Notes under the pieces: model-generated
Told to the model about the DNA's origin: nothing
Database searches by the model: none
The model's input: the letters and a program-made list of their open reading frames with translations, nothing else
Assembly (NCBI GenBank): GCA_021372475.1
Contig: JAJFUJ010000139.1
Coordinates: 9,535 to 73,534, forward strand
DNA length: 64,000 nt
Reading direction: 5' to 3'
Source of the DNA: Chloroflexota bacterium
GTDB lineage: Bacteria > Chloroflexota > Anaerolineae > UBA1429
Program-made: the position numbers and the translations under genes
Shown: one piece after another, positions 20,027 through 30,093 of the stretch
Numbering within the stretch: the first letter of the stretch is position 1
Layout: each line of letters opens with the position of its first letter

Positions 20027-20704
20027 CTACTTGCGCGCCCACACAATATCATAATCGATCTGCCAGCGCATAGAGCGGATATTACCTAAACCCTCTGCCT
20101 GTAGATAAGTTTCCAGCCGACCACGTTTACTCATTCTGCCCGGGAAGAACCAACTGTCAAACCCTACCCGATTGGTTAACAGGAGTGTCCCGCCTGGTTT
20201 CAGTACCCGCAGCATTTCCTGAATAGCTTGCTTCGGATGCTGCATAAATTCCAGCGCCTCCAGGCAACTGACACAGTCAAAGACGCCATTCGCGAATCCC
20301 AGATGCATCGCATCTTGCTGAGCATATTCAGTACGATGCTCGTATTGCTTTGCTCGCAAGATTGCGCCATTCAACATCCCGAGCGACCTGTCGACGCCAT
20401 ATAGGCGTCCATTACTGTATCCGACGTCTTCGAGGGCGGATAATACGCGCCCCGTGCCGGTGGCCACATCAAGCAGCTTCCACTCCCGAGAGTCATCCAC
20501 GGCCTCAAGCAGTGGTATTCCGATATACCTTAGCTCGTAAACATACTGGACTGCCTTAATCCTGTCGTATCTGGGGGCTGCCAAATCATATAGCCAGGCA
20601 ACCGGGCGGGTTCCCAGATAGGTTCCTTCCGTCATCACTACAAGCCAATACACGATTGCAGCAAACAAAACCAGGCCGATAAAGTACCAAACTAAAGGCG
20701 GCAC
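20027..20704 (-). CDS. Class I SAM-dependent methyltransferase with an N-terminal TM helix
   Basis: SAM-binding motif I (LDVATGTGRV). The post-I acidic residue and motif II are present. Confidence 0.7.
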   Translation of the reverse strand: MPPLVWYFIGLVLFAAIVYWLVVMTEGTYLGTRPVAWLYDLAAPRYDRIKAVQYVYELRYIGIPLLEAVDDSREWKLLDVATGTGRVLSALEDVGYSNGRLYGVDRSLGMLNGAILRAKQYEHRTEYAQQDAMHLGFANGVFDCVSCLEALEFMQHPKQAIQEMLRVLKPGGTLLLTNRVGFDSWFFPGRMSKRGRLETYLQAEGLGNIRSMRWQIDYDIVWARK

Positions 20705-20705
20705 C

Positions 20706-21596
20706 CTACACCCATTGGCTGGCAGCCAGGCTAGCTAACAGTATAGATATTTGCCACGGAAGCTGTGTTAGGATGTATCCGCCAGCAAGCTCGGGGTTGT
20801 CCTTCAGGCACAAATGATCAGCAATAGCAGCACATGCGATTAATACAGCAGGGACTGGCTGTCGGGAATATAGCAGATATCCTACAATGCCCAGCCATAC
20901 GACTAGCACGGCAATATGCAGCCCAAGCTGATTGGTGCGCAGCCAGGCCGGCCGCAGCGCCGCACCAGCGCCGAGTAAAACTGCCAATAACACCAGGCGC
21001 GGAGTGAGTGCGTCCATCACAATTGCAGCCAGCAGAAAAGACATAGCGGCCTGCACGCCTGCGGAACTATCCGCAAGCATCACCGACTTGTCTCCCGTCA
21101 AGATAGCCACCCAGGCTAGTAGCAACAGCCCAATGCCTACTGTAGTGGTCGCGTACTGGCTGATAAAGACAGACATAATCAGGCAGGCAACTGCCGTTGC
21201 CAGGGCTGATAGGCTATGGCCAGTGAGCCCCGGATAGGTGCGTAAATCGCTTACCAGGTTGCGTAGAAAGGTAGCCGCACGGTGAGGATGGGGCTGTGCA
21301 TTATCGAACTCCAGTACGACATTGCCGAAAGCGTCAGTAGCGGGAGGTTGAGCACGCACCTGGTTGCGCAACTCGCGCAGAGATAGTAAATGGGTGGTGA
21401 TTGCTCCGAACAACGGGTCCGCTACTAGCCAGGCGGCTACCAGCAACACTACGGAGACGTTTTGTCCAACCTGCAATGCGCCCGCCGCAACCAAGCCGCA
21501 GGCAAAAGCCCACGATATGGTTAGTCGCGGCCTGACTCCGAAAGCGGCGAAATGCCAATCCCAGGTTAAGCTGGGAGTGGGCAGCTTGGCATTCAC
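20706..21596 (-). CDS. Integral membrane protein, function unknown
   Basis: Highly hydrophobic 296-aa ORF with 2 nt spacing to the downstream methyltransferase gene. Confidence 0.5.
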   Translation of the reverse strand: MNAKLPTPSLTWDWHFAAFGVRPRLTISWAFACGLVAAGALQVGQNVSVVLLVAAWLVADPLFGAITTHLLSLRELRNQVRAQPPATDAFGNVVLEFDNAQPHPHRAATFLRNLVSDLRTYPGLTGHSLSALATAVACLIMSVFISQYATTTVGIGLLLLAWVAILTGDKSVMLADSSAGVQAAMSFLLAAIVMDALTPRLVLLAVLLGAGAALRPAWLRTNQLGLHIAVLVVWLGIVGYLLYSRQPVPAVLIACAAIADHLCLKDNPELAGGYILTQLPWQISILLASLAASQWV

Positions 21597-21827
21597 GGCG
21601 AGCTCCTCCCTTGAAGTTCACTGGTATTATAACATACTAGCACCGAGCATGTTAATTACAGCGTGCTGCAAGCCTTCTCTGCGAGCGCTGATAGTGATAT
21701 GGCGTTTTGCTATTTGTTCAGAGCTAGTACCCGGGGATTCCGACAATTTTCATGCGGCTGAGGAATAGAAAAGTCGGCTATGAGATGGCAATTTACCCGC
21801 AACCAGCCTGGGGGTCAGGTGTGCGAT

Positions 21828-22955
21828 CTAGGCTTGCGGCTCACTCGTTGGAAGATCCCGCAGACTGAGGCTGAGGTGGTGCGATTCGGGCGCAATGGCC
21901 AGAATAATCGCACTTACTTGATCTCCTGGCGCTAATTCTATCTTGGGGGTGCTAAAACTGCCGTTAGCGAGTTCAGTCTCGTGTACCAATCCTTCGATAC
22001 CAGGTTCGATCTCAACAAAAGCTCCAAAGTCGACGATGCGGGTGATTGTGCCGGTAATTACCTGGCCAACGTGGTATTTATCTTCAAGCATTGTCCAAGG
22101 ATCAGGCATCGTCCGTTTGATGGATAAACCGATGCGCTGCCTATCGGGCTCGATACGCAGTACCATCACCTGTACTTGCTGCCCGATACGCAATACTTCG
22201 CTGGGGTGCTGTACGCGCGACCACGAAATTTCAGAGATATGTACTAGCCCATCTACGCCGCCTAGATCGACAAAAGCACCGAATTCACGCAAACTGCTTA
22301 TAGTACCGGAGCGAACCTGACCTTCCGTGATATCCGCCATAAGCTGTTCACGCTGTTGAATGCGCGATTCGCGCCTGGCGGCTCGCTCCGAGAAGATCAG
22401 GCGTCGTCGTCGGCGATTTACTTCAATCACCTTGACGGTCAACTCGGCGTTAGTATATGCGGTCAGAGCTTCCTGAGCGGTGTTTTCACCGCGCTGTCCC
22501 AATCCCGAGATTTGCGACAATGGGATAAATCCCTGCAGTCCTCGCCAGTTGCAGACCAGCCCCCCCTTATTGCCGCCTGTGACCAGGCACTGTACGGGCT
22601 CATTGGATTCCATCAACTTTTCGGCCAACTGCCAATCGGCGTAAGCTTTAGCCAAGTTGATGGAGACAGTCAATTCACCGTCACGGTCCTCATTTCGAGT
22701 AATATAAACATATATACGCTTACCGACCTTTAATTCATGGCGCTCTTCGGTGGTCATACGCTGGAGATCGAGGGTAGAAACGACAGCATCTTCCTTGGCG
22801 CCGATATCTACGAGGATTTCATCCGCTCGGACGCTAATAATCTCTCCCTCAACAATATCACCCCGCGTGGGTATAGCATTTTCAAAGCTCTTTCCCATCC
22901 GCTCCCAAGCTGAGGCAAAGTCCTCCTCGGGCTCACTGATAACTCTTTGCTCCAT
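21828..22955 (-). CDS. rpsA: 30S ribosomal protein S1 (four S1 domains)
   Basis: Repeated S1 motifs (G..V.G.V..I...GAFV.I..GIEGLVH.SE...). Confidence 0.85.
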   Translation of the reverse strand: MEQRVISEPEEDFASAWERMGKSFENAIPTRGDIVEGEIISVRADEILVDIGAKEDAVVSTLDLQRMTTEERHELKVGKRIYVYITRNEDRDGELTVSINLAKAYADWQLAEKLMESNEPVQCLVTGGNKGGLVCNWRGLQGFIPLSQISGLGQRGENTAQEALTAYTNAELTVKVIEVNRRRRRLIFSERAARRESRIQQREQLMADITEGQVRSGTISSLREFGAFVDLGGVDGLVHISEISWSRVQHPSEVLRIGQQVQVMVLRIEPDRQRIGLSIKRTMPDPWTMLEDKYHVGQVITGTITRIVDFGAFVEIEPGIEGLVHETELANGSFSTPKIELAPGDQVSAIILAIAPESHHLSLSLRDLPTSEPQA

Positions 22956-23118
22956 TATCTACCTCATAGGCGCCTTGTCTGGGATTCACATCAGATATAT
23001 ATATCTGCTAGTAGTCTAGTGGCAGAATCTGCTTATAGCCACTGAAATACTGTATTCTTTATATATCTATATGCATTCAATATAGGCTAAATCGGTTTGG
23101 ATGTCAATCGCTGTGCGG

Positions 23119-25011
23119 TTACTGCACTGCCGGACCGACAAGGTAGCGCGCTGGCCAGGGCGCATATCTGCTAAAGAATTGCTCCCTTGAAACTACCTGC
23201 CCGTTTTGCTCGATTACGCGAGTAAGGACGGCATCGATGCCATCATGAGCCTCATCGACCATAATTTGTTCGCCTGGAGCAAGGCTTGGATCTTCTTCAT
23301 AGACGGTGTCCCCCGCGGGTTTGGGATTGCTCGTAGCCGCATCCTCTATACGAACGGTGCGGTTTGTAGGTGCACCATAGATATAAAAAGTGATAATACC
23401 TTTTGCATCATCGATCGCGTTGGTTATGATGATAGGCGTATCCATATCATTGGTGAACTTCAAGTCAGTGCTGGGCGAAAATACGGCCGCATCTAGGCCG
23501 ACCGGCGGCTCATAACGGCTGATGCGGTAGCTGTGCGGGTAACGCTCTACGACTGGGAATCCGCCGAAAAAGACGGCGCGAAAGAGCGTGGTGGCTACCT
23601 GGCAGACGCCGCCCCCCGGGCCAAGGATTGTCTTGTTGCCATAAATAATCCACGATTCACTGTACCCGTTTGCGATGGTGACAGGACCAAGCACCGATAA
23701 AAACGAAAAGGTGGCCTTGGGAGGCACAATCACCGACTGAAACTCTTCCGCTGCCCGGCGGACATTCTGAGCCCTTTCGGCCGACGACCCGCCGAAATAT
23801 GTTTCGCCGCTGCTAATGAGCTGCAAAGGCAGCATCGCTTGCAGGTCGGATAACCGCACAGTTGGCTGCACCGAACGAAGCGGAAGCTGCCCCGTACGTT
23901 CGCTGGAAAAACAAAGCGTCTGCAGCATAGTTAAGGCGGCCTGAATATCCAGAGAGTATCCCACCTGAGCAGGTTTCTGAGTGCTTATTGTTTGGGTGGC
24001 TGGGTCATAAACAAAAGTACCCTCCATGGACGGTCTGGATATCTGCGTGTTGAGCGCTTGCAAATAGGCGAGCATCTGATCTTGGTCGAGTTCCACATGG
24101 GCTATCTGGCCTTGGGCTGTAATTTCCTGCTTTACAACCAGCCAGGAGGCCAGCAGCGCCCGATCGAGCACCCAGGTCTGAGTGATCATCTCGCTTTGGC
24201 CGGCCAGATTAGTTTGCTCGAGCGAGGCTTCCAAGGTAATAGGGCTGCTGAGTAAAATGCGAGCTTGCTCAGTTGCCTGCTGATAATCGCCGGTGCGCGG
24301 CGCAATATCCCGCGTTACAAGCGAGATGGTGATGACCTCAGCCTTGGCCCACTGTGCCTGCACGGTAGATTCACCTATCAGGGTGTAACGTAGCCGAGTT
24401 CCCCAACCCGCCTTTCCCTGGCTGTTCAGCACGGCCTCCTGGATGGCTTGCTGAGTGGCGATATAGTCGATTTCCTGACCAGTCTGTTCCTGCTGAGTGC
24501 TGATATCCAGGCCTTGCACGTTGAACTGGGCACTGCGCGAGGGTTGAACGGTTTCAGAGGCCAACTCGCGGATAAAAACGAGGAGCTTTCCAGCCTCAAA
24601 CCGGACGGGCGGTTGAATTGTGTAGCCATACAACAGCGCCTTGATTCGGGAGGAGATGTCCTTGCGAAAGATTCCGCTGCGGCCAAGCGCTAATGCTTCA
24701 GCGACAGCCGGCTCCAGACGGTATGTTGCGCCCAGGCTTGCTGGCGATACCAGCCAAGTGCGCTCATTGGCGCTCAGAGCCAGATGAGGCAGTGAACCGG
24801 CTCCCAATTCTTCCTGTAGGAGTGAGAGCGCTTCATCGGCGCTTAATCCCCCTACAGGTACTCCGCTGATATTGACGCCTTCATAAATCTTGCCGGCATA
24901 CCTAGCCTGGTAGACGAGCCATGCTGCTCCAGAGGCACAGATGAGCGTGAGCGCCGCAAGCAGCACAAAACGGATCAATCTGGTTATCAGGATGCGTGAC
25001 AGACGGGTCAT
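23119..25011 (-). CDS. VanW-family (YoaR-like) protein with an N-terminal signal anchor
   Basis: C-terminal VanW core (GGGVCQVATTLFRAVFFGGFPVVERYPHSYRISRYEPPVGLDAAV). N-terminal TM helix and a peptidoglycan-binding-like region (YEGVNISGVPVGGLSADEA). Confidence 0.75.
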   Translation of the reverse strand: MTRLSRILITRLIRFVLLAALTLICASGAAWLVYQARYAGKIYEGVNISGVPVGGLSADEALSLLQEELGAGSLPHLALSANERTWLVSPASLGATYRLEPAVAEALALGRSGIFRKDISSRIKALLYGYTIQPPVRFEAGKLLVFIRELASETVQPSRSAQFNVQGLDISTQQEQTGQEIDYIATQQAIQEAVLNSQGKAGWGTRLRYTLIGESTVQAQWAKAEVITISLVTRDIAPRTGDYQQATEQARILLSSPITLEASLEQTNLAGQSEMITQTWVLDRALLASWLVVKQEITAQGQIAHVELDQDQMLAYLQALNTQISRPSMEGTFVYDPATQTISTQKPAQVGYSLDIQAALTMLQTLCFSSERTGQLPLRSVQPTVRLSDLQAMLPLQLISSGETYFGGSSAERAQNVRRAAEEFQSVIVPPKATFSFLSVLGPVTIANGYSESWIIYGNKTILGPGGGVCQVATTLFRAVFFGGFPVVERYPHSYRISRYEPPVGLDAAVFSPSTDLKFTNDMDTPIIITNAIDDAKGIITFYIYGAPTNRTVRIEDAATSNPKPAGDTVYEEDPSLAPGEQIMVDEAHDGIDAVLTRVIEQNGQVVSREQFFSRYAPWPARYLVGPAVQ

Positions 25012-25078
25012 CGTGCTTTTCTCCAGGCGCCAATAGCTAGATTATAAACGATATTTACCTTAATGAGAACTATTCATC

Positions 25079-25306
25079 GAGGGTGTTGAAAAAGAGGTTC
25101 TTTCCTTATACTTGCCCACTGGGAAACAGGAAGCGTCATTCCGGCGCAGGCCGGAATCCAGCATTGATCTGATATATAGTGTAATATATCATATCATAAA
25201 ACGAATAAAAGCAAGACTCGGATGGGTTCCTGCCTGCGCGGGAATGATCTGCGAGTTCGCAACTCTGTCTTTCAGACACTGCGGTATCTCCTATTGGATA
25301 CTTTTT
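25079..25306 (+). mobile_element. Miniature inverted-repeat element, copy 1 (about 228 bp, non-coding)
   Basis: Perfect 16–17 bp terminal inverted repeats (C)GAGGGTGTTGAAAAAG ... CTTTTTCAACACCCTC(G). Internal palindrome CATTCCGGCGCAGGCCGGAATC. Roughly 85–90% identical to the copies at 46328-46555 (reverse orientation) and 62811-63198. Confidence 0.85.
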
Positions 25307-25494
25307 CAACACCCTCGCTGTTTTTTGCCTTGATAGCATTTGATATATAATGGCGTAGTGTAATAATAGAAAAGTGTAATCCCGTTGCACGATGCCTGAA
25401 AGCGGGAGATAACCTTTCTGCCTCAGCAAGCTAACGGCTTTGCCACTGTTAGCTAAATGCTGAGAGCAAACCCATAGGAAGGAGGCAATACCCC

Positions 25495-25821
25495 TTGAGC
25501 AACTATGAATTGATTTATATCCTGCAGCCTGACCTCGATGAAGCTGCCCTCGCTGCTTTGAATGAACACATTCAGCAAATCATCAACGCTAACGGCGGTC
25601 AAGTCGCCAGCTCTGAATTGATGGGACGCCGTGCTTTGGCTTACCCGATCAAAAGGCGCCATGAAGGCTATTATATGCTGGTCAAAGCGAGCCTGACCCA
25701 AAATACAATTACAGAGATCGAGCGTTCATTGCGGTTGTCGGAAGACGTTTTGCGCCATATGCTCGTCCGAGTTGATGAACAGCAGACAGCAACCGACGTC
25801 ATCGAAGAAACTAGCGCATAA
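25495..25821 (+). CDS. rpsF: 30S ribosomal protein S6
   Basis: MSNYELIYILQPDLDE...YYMLVKAS. TTG start with a GGAAGGAGG Shine-Dalgarno. Confidence 0.9.
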   Translation: MSNYELIYILQPDLDEAALAALNEHIQQIINANGGQVASSELMGRRALAYPIKRRHEGYYMLVKASLTQNTITEIERSLRLSEDVLRHMLVRVDEQQTATDVIEETSA

Positions 25822-25878
25822 TTTACTAACACCCCGTGTTTCGTATTGTGCGTTTTCAGGGATACGAACAGTGGGGTT

Positions 25879-26232
25879 ATGACGTATATGGAGGTTACAT
25901 TGGCCGATTATAATAGTCGAGACCGTGACTATGATGAGTCATCGGGTGAAAGCGAAGGTCGAGGTGAATCCGGCGGGCGTCGCTCATTCCGCCCAAGGCG
26001 TGATTATCAGCGCCGACCGCGAGTTTGCCCCTTTTGCGCTGAAAAAATGGCCGCGCTGGATTACAAAGATGTCCCGTCCTTAAGAAGATTTATCTCGGAA
26101 CGCGGACGGATCCTGCCCAGAAGACGTACTGCTGCCTGCGCAAAACATCAGCGTATGATATCAACGGCTATCAAACGCGCTCGCCAGATTGCGCTGTTAC
26201 CTTACACTGCAGATCATACCCGCGTCAGATAA
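25879..26232 (+). CDS. rpsR: 30S ribosomal protein S18 with an acidic/Arg-rich N-terminal extension
   Basis: S18 core ([11 protein letters not shown]...[49 protein letters not shown]). Start chosen at ATG 25879; the listed ORF begins at 25846. Confidence 0.85.
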   Translation: MTYMEVTLADYNSRDRDYDESSGESEGRGESGGRRSFRPRRDYQRRPRVCPFCAEKMAALDYKDVPSLRRFISERGRILPRRRTAACAKHQRMISTAIKRARQIALLPYTADHTRVR

Positions 26233-26261
26233 CAGCCTTCTTGCGGCTAGGTCTTTCATAT

Positions 26262-26300
26262 AAGGGGGTATAGGCTGATATTCCTATACCCCCTTAGAAA
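26262..26300 (+). terminator. Putative intrinsic terminator after rpsF–rpsR
   Basis: Hairpin AAGGGGGTATAGG–loop–CCTATACCCCCTT followed by a weak U-rich tail. Confidence 0.45.
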
Positions 26301-26317
26301 CTATAATAGGCACACCA

Positions 26318-27532
26318 ATGGGAAAACAAACGCGTTCCGCAGAACCTAAGGAACTGAATCGCAAGCAGCTTTCACGTCAGTCTAAGGATGCCCGCACACG
26401 ACGTAGGCTAATTTATGGCACCTTAGCTGTAGTTGGTTTAGCCCTGCTTGTGCTCGGCTATGGTCTACTTGACCAGTATGTGCTGCAGCCCAGGCGACCA
26501 GCAGCCATCGTGAATGGCACCGAAATATCCCGCAAAGCGTACGAAACACGCTTGGCATATCGCCAATGGGATTACGACAACTATTTACAACAGCTTGAAC
26601 AACAGCGCACAATCTATGCCAGCAGCGAAGATCAGTCATTTATGGTCGATTTAATCGACCAGCAAATATCGAGTCTGCAAAGTGAGATTCTAACGCTCTC
26701 CTCAACAACCCTTACGGAACTCGTCGATGAGGAGATATATAAACAAGAGGCCGCCAAACGAGGGATTACCGTAGCAGATGAAGATGTTCAGTATACTCTC
26801 GAAACCCAGTTCGGATACTATTCAGTGACCCCCACGCCGTACCCTACGATTGCTAGCACTGCCACTTCCATATCAGTGACGCCAACGGCGCAGATTACTA
26901 GCACGATGCAAGCCGTTTCACCCACAGTAACCGCCACTGCTACGGTGACAGTAACAGAGACGCCCTACCCGACATCAACGCCGATGACCAAGGAGCAATT
27001 CGAGTCCAGATTGTCAACCTGGCTTAACTCGGCGCAGCAGGCGTCCGGGTTCACTGAAGCAGACTTACAAACCATTATCAGGAATGCCCTGCTGCGTCAA
27101 AAGGTTCAGCAAGCTATCGCTGATGAAGTACCTACCGTAGCCGAACAGGTACACGCACGGCACATTCTTTTTGCGACGCGTGAAGAGGCTGAGGCAGCTT
27201 TGGTTCGCATCAAGGCGGGCGAGGATTTTGCCACCCTGGCGACCGAGCTTTCGACCGATACTGGCTCCAAATTGGATGGCGGCGACCTAGGGTGGTTTAC
27301 CAAAGGTACAATGCTGACCGAGTTTGAGGATGCGGCATTCAGTCTGCCGGTCGGCCAGGTGAGCGATGTGGTGGAAACCAGCGCCGGTTTTCACCTGATT
27401 CTCGTTCTAGACCATCAGGCAGAACGCCCTCTGGACGCAGATGCCTTGCAGCAAGCTCAGGATACAGCAGTCAGTAAATGGCTCGAGGCCCAACGGGCTT
27501 CCCCCGATATTAAAATCCTGCTATCAAGCTAG
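26318..27532 (+). CDS. Parvulin-type peptidyl-prolyl cis-trans isomerase (PrsA/SurA-like), membrane anchored
   Basis: N-terminal TM helix, a Thr/Pro-rich linker, and a PpiC domain (HARHILF...GGDLGWF..G.M...FEDAAF.L..G..S.VVET..GFHLI). Confidence 0.8.
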   Translation: MGKQTRSAEPKELNRKQLSRQSKDARTRRRLIYGTLAVVGLALLVLGYGLLDQYVLQPRRPAAIVNGTEISRKAYETRLAYRQWDYDNYLQQLEQQRTIYASSEDQSFMVDLIDQQISSLQSEILTLSSTTLTELVDEEIYKQEAAKRGITVADEDVQYTLETQFGYYSVTPTPYPTIASTATSISVTPTAQITSTMQAVSPTVTATATVTVTETPYPTSTPMTKEQFESRLSTWLNSAQQASGFTEADLQTIIRNALLRQKVQQAIADEVPTVAEQVHARHILFATREEAEAALVRIKAGEDFATLATELSTDTGSKLDGGDLGWFTKGTMLTEFEDAAFSLPVGQVSDVVETSAGFHLILVLDHQAERPLDADALQQAQDTAVSKWLEAQRASPDIKILLSS

Positions 27533-27557
27533 TGAAAGCGCCGCATTTAGCAGCGCT

Positions 27558-29759
27558 TTAGTTCGTGCGTTCGCGCCGCACTTCAAGCACGTCGCGGACA
27601 TTTAGCAGTTTGGTAATCAAGTCCGACAGCTGGGTAATGCTGCGGATACCTACGGTAGCAACGATATTTGCAGTATGATCGGCGCCGGTATTGATATTTG
27701 CAGCGCTCATATTGATATTGAGATCAGCCATTACCGAAGTGATGTCGCGCAGCAAACCGCTGCGATCAAAAGCTTCTATTCGTATCACCACCGGATAAGC
27801 TTGAGCTGTTCGCCCCCAACTCAGGGGGATCAACCGCTCAGTATCGCGCATATTAATCACATTCGGGCAATCCTGGCGATGTACGGTTATCCCCTTACCG
27901 CGGGTAATATAACCGACAATCGCATCACCCGGTACTGGGCTGCAGCAGTTGCCCATCCGTGTATACAGATCACCCACACCCGCCACAGTAACCTCGGAAA
28001 CAGCGGATTCCGGAATGGCCTTGAGCTTGAGCGCCTGGTTCTTGTCACTCCCCGGCTCGTCAATTTTGGCTGCAATTTGGCTGGGGCTGATGCTCCCAAA
28101 ACCGACCTCTGCCAGGAAGTCTTCCAGCTTGGAGAAGTTAAAGAGGGTCGCTATTTCCGTGTACGATTCCTGATCAAAGCCCAGCCGACGTAATTCGCGA
28201 TCCAATATTTCCCGGCCGGCCGCGATATTCTCTTCACGCTTCTCGTGGCGAAACCACTGGCGTATTTTCTGCCTGGCTTTTTGGGTGGATACATAGTTAA
28301 GGTGTGGATTCAGCCAGTCGCGGCTTGGCCCCCCTTGCTTGGCAGTGAGGATCTCGACCTGCTCACCATTCTTGAGTTGATAATCAAGGGCCACCAACCG
28401 GCCGTCGACCTTGGCTCCCCGGCAACGATGACCTATTTCACTGTGAATATCGTAGGCAAAATCCACCGGCGTAGAGCCTTTTGGCAAGTCTACGATATCG
28501 CCCTTGGGGGTAAAGACATAAACCCTCTCGGCAAAGACATCGCTGCGCATCCCCTCGACAAATTGGTGGGCATCCTCCACATCCTCGCGCCAATCCGTAT
28601 TGCGCTGCAACCATGCTATCTTGGTCTCGAGCGACTCGTCGCGGTGCGCACCTCCATCCTTATAGCGCCAATGGGCGGCGATGCCGTATTCTGCCACCTG
28701 GTGCATTTTCTCAGTGCGAATCTGTACTTCGAGCGGCTTGCCTTGCAAGGCGACCACAGCGGTGTGCAGCGATTGGTAAAAGTTCTCTTTGGGCGAAGCG
28801 ATATAGTCGTCAAACTCGCCCGGGATGGGGCGCCACAGGCTATGCACAATTCCCAGGGCATGATAACAAGCAGGGATATCTAGCACAATGATGCGCACTC
28901 CTCGTACATCATATATCTGGTCAAAATCCCGATTTTTCTCCTGCATCTTGTGGTAGATGCTATAGAGATGCTTGGGGCGTCCGGTAATTCGCGCAGTAAT
29001 TCCTTCTTCTACCAGGCGCTTTTTTAGAATATCGATAACCTGTTCGAGGTAAGCAGCGCGCTCCTCGCGCTTCTCGGCGACTAGTTGCGCAATGCGGTGA
29101 TACGCCTCATCATCCAAATACCGAAAAGATAAATCCTCTAACTGCCATTTGAGCTGCCAGATACCCAGACGATTAGCCAGCGGTGCATAGATATCCAAGG
29201 TCTCCTGCGCCATGCGTTTCTGGCGGTCCTCTGCCAGGAACTGGAGTGTGCGCATGTTATGCAGCCGATCGGCCAGCTTGATAATGATGACGCGAATATC
29301 ATCCACCATCGCCAGGAACATTTTGCGCAAGTTTTCGGCTTGCACTTCGCTGAGGGTAGCTCGATCGAGATGGCTCTTTTCCTTGACGTGTTGTAACTTG
29401 CTGACACCATCAACCAACCTGGCTACTATTGGCCCAAATTCCAGCTTGATATCAGCCAAGGTTACGGTTGTATCCTCGACGGTATCATGAAGCAAACTGG
29501 CGATAATGGTAGGGATATCCATATGGAGGTCAAGCAGAATGACAGCAACCTCAATCGGGTGCATAATATACAGGTCGCCCGACTGGCGTAGTTGATTGCC
29601 GTGGGCTTTGACAGCGAAGTCGAGTGCGCGACTGACCTCATTGAGGGCATCCGGATAAAGCGCCTCAACCTGCTTTAGGAAATTTTGCCGATCACCTGGC
29701 GTGAATTCGCTTGTCATAAGTATATTAAGTATAGCCTGAAAGCATTCGAAATTCAACAA
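27558..29759 (-). CDS. rel: Bifunctional (p)ppGpp synthetase/hydrolase (RelA/SpoT homolog)
   Basis: HD hydrolase domain (HPIEVA...LHDTVEDT), RelA_SpoT synthetase domain, and TGS and C-terminal ACT domains. 733 aa. Confidence 0.93.
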   Translation of the reverse strand: MLNFECFQAILNILMTSEFTPGDRQNFLKQVEALYPDALNEVSRALDFAVKAHGNQLRQSGDLYIMHPIEVAVILLDLHMDIPTIIASLLHDTVEDTTVTLADIKLEFGPIVARLVDGVSKLQHVKEKSHLDRATLSEVQAENLRKMFLAMVDDIRVIIIKLADRLHNMRTLQFLAEDRQKRMAQETLDIYAPLANRLGIWQLKWQLEDLSFRYLDDEAYHRIAQLVAEKREERAAYLEQVIDILKKRLVEEGITARITGRPKHLYSIYHKMQEKNRDFDQIYDVRGVRIIVLDIPACYHALGIVHSLWRPIPGEFDDYIASPKENFYQSLHTAVVALQGKPLEVQIRTEKMHQVAEYGIAAHWRYKDGGAHRDESLETKIAWLQRNTDWREDVEDAHQFVEGMRSDVFAERVYVFTPKGDIVDLPKGSTPVDFAYDIHSEIGHRCRGAKVDGRLVALDYQLKNGEQVEILTAKQGGPSRDWLNPHLNYVSTQKARQKIRQWFRHEKREENIAAGREILDRELRRLGFDQESYTEIATLFNFSKLEDFLAEVGFGSISPSQIAAKIDEPGSDKNQALKLKAIPESAVSEVTVAGVGDLYTRMGNCCSPVPGDAIVGYITRGKGITVHRQDCPNVINMRDTERLIPLSWGRTAQAYPVVIRIEAFDRSGLLRDITSVMADLNINMSAANINTGADHTANIVATVGIRSITQLSDLITKLLNVRDVLEVRRERTN

Positions 29760-29821
29760 CTTGCTATTTATTTAGGCTTTTGTACAGGATGGTTAGTTTT
29801 TTGCGCCACTTCAGGTAGGGG

Positions 29822-29977
29822 TTATTCCTTCCTCTGCAGCCGCTTTACGGTGTTAACCACAACCAGAGCAATTAGCACTGCCAGCGCCCAATCCCATTTG
29901 CCGAGGGCGACCAGCATTGCCATGATTGTCACTAATAGCATATTCAGCCAAAAGATTGGCCTGGTCCCATCCGCCAT
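29822..29977 (-). CDS. Small (51-aa) two-helix membrane protein, not in the supplied ORF track
   Basis: Minus-strand ORF MADGTRPIFWLNMLLVTIMAMLVALGKWDWALAVLIALVVVNTVKRLQRKE. Canonical AGGAGG Shine-Dalgarno 5 nt upstream of the ATG. Stop TAA. Confidence 0.55.
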   Translation of the reverse strand: MADGTRPIFWLNMLLVTIMAMLVALGKWDWALAVLIALVVVNTVKRLQRKE

Positions 29978-30093
29978 AATGCCTCCTAGCCAATGTTAAC
30001 TGGAGTAAGCAGATAATTTCTACAACGAGTTTGCCAGACATATATATTCGCTATACTATGGGAAAAACTCGGTAACAGGGAAATGAGGCTTTC

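Noticed and set aside
25112-25429. Small ORFs inside the MITE (25112-25333 plus, 25136-25429 minus; likewise 62998-63207)
   Set aside because: They lie inside repeated non-coding elements. Similar pseudo-peptides recur in all copies, including in antisense, which shows they are repeat sequence and not genes.
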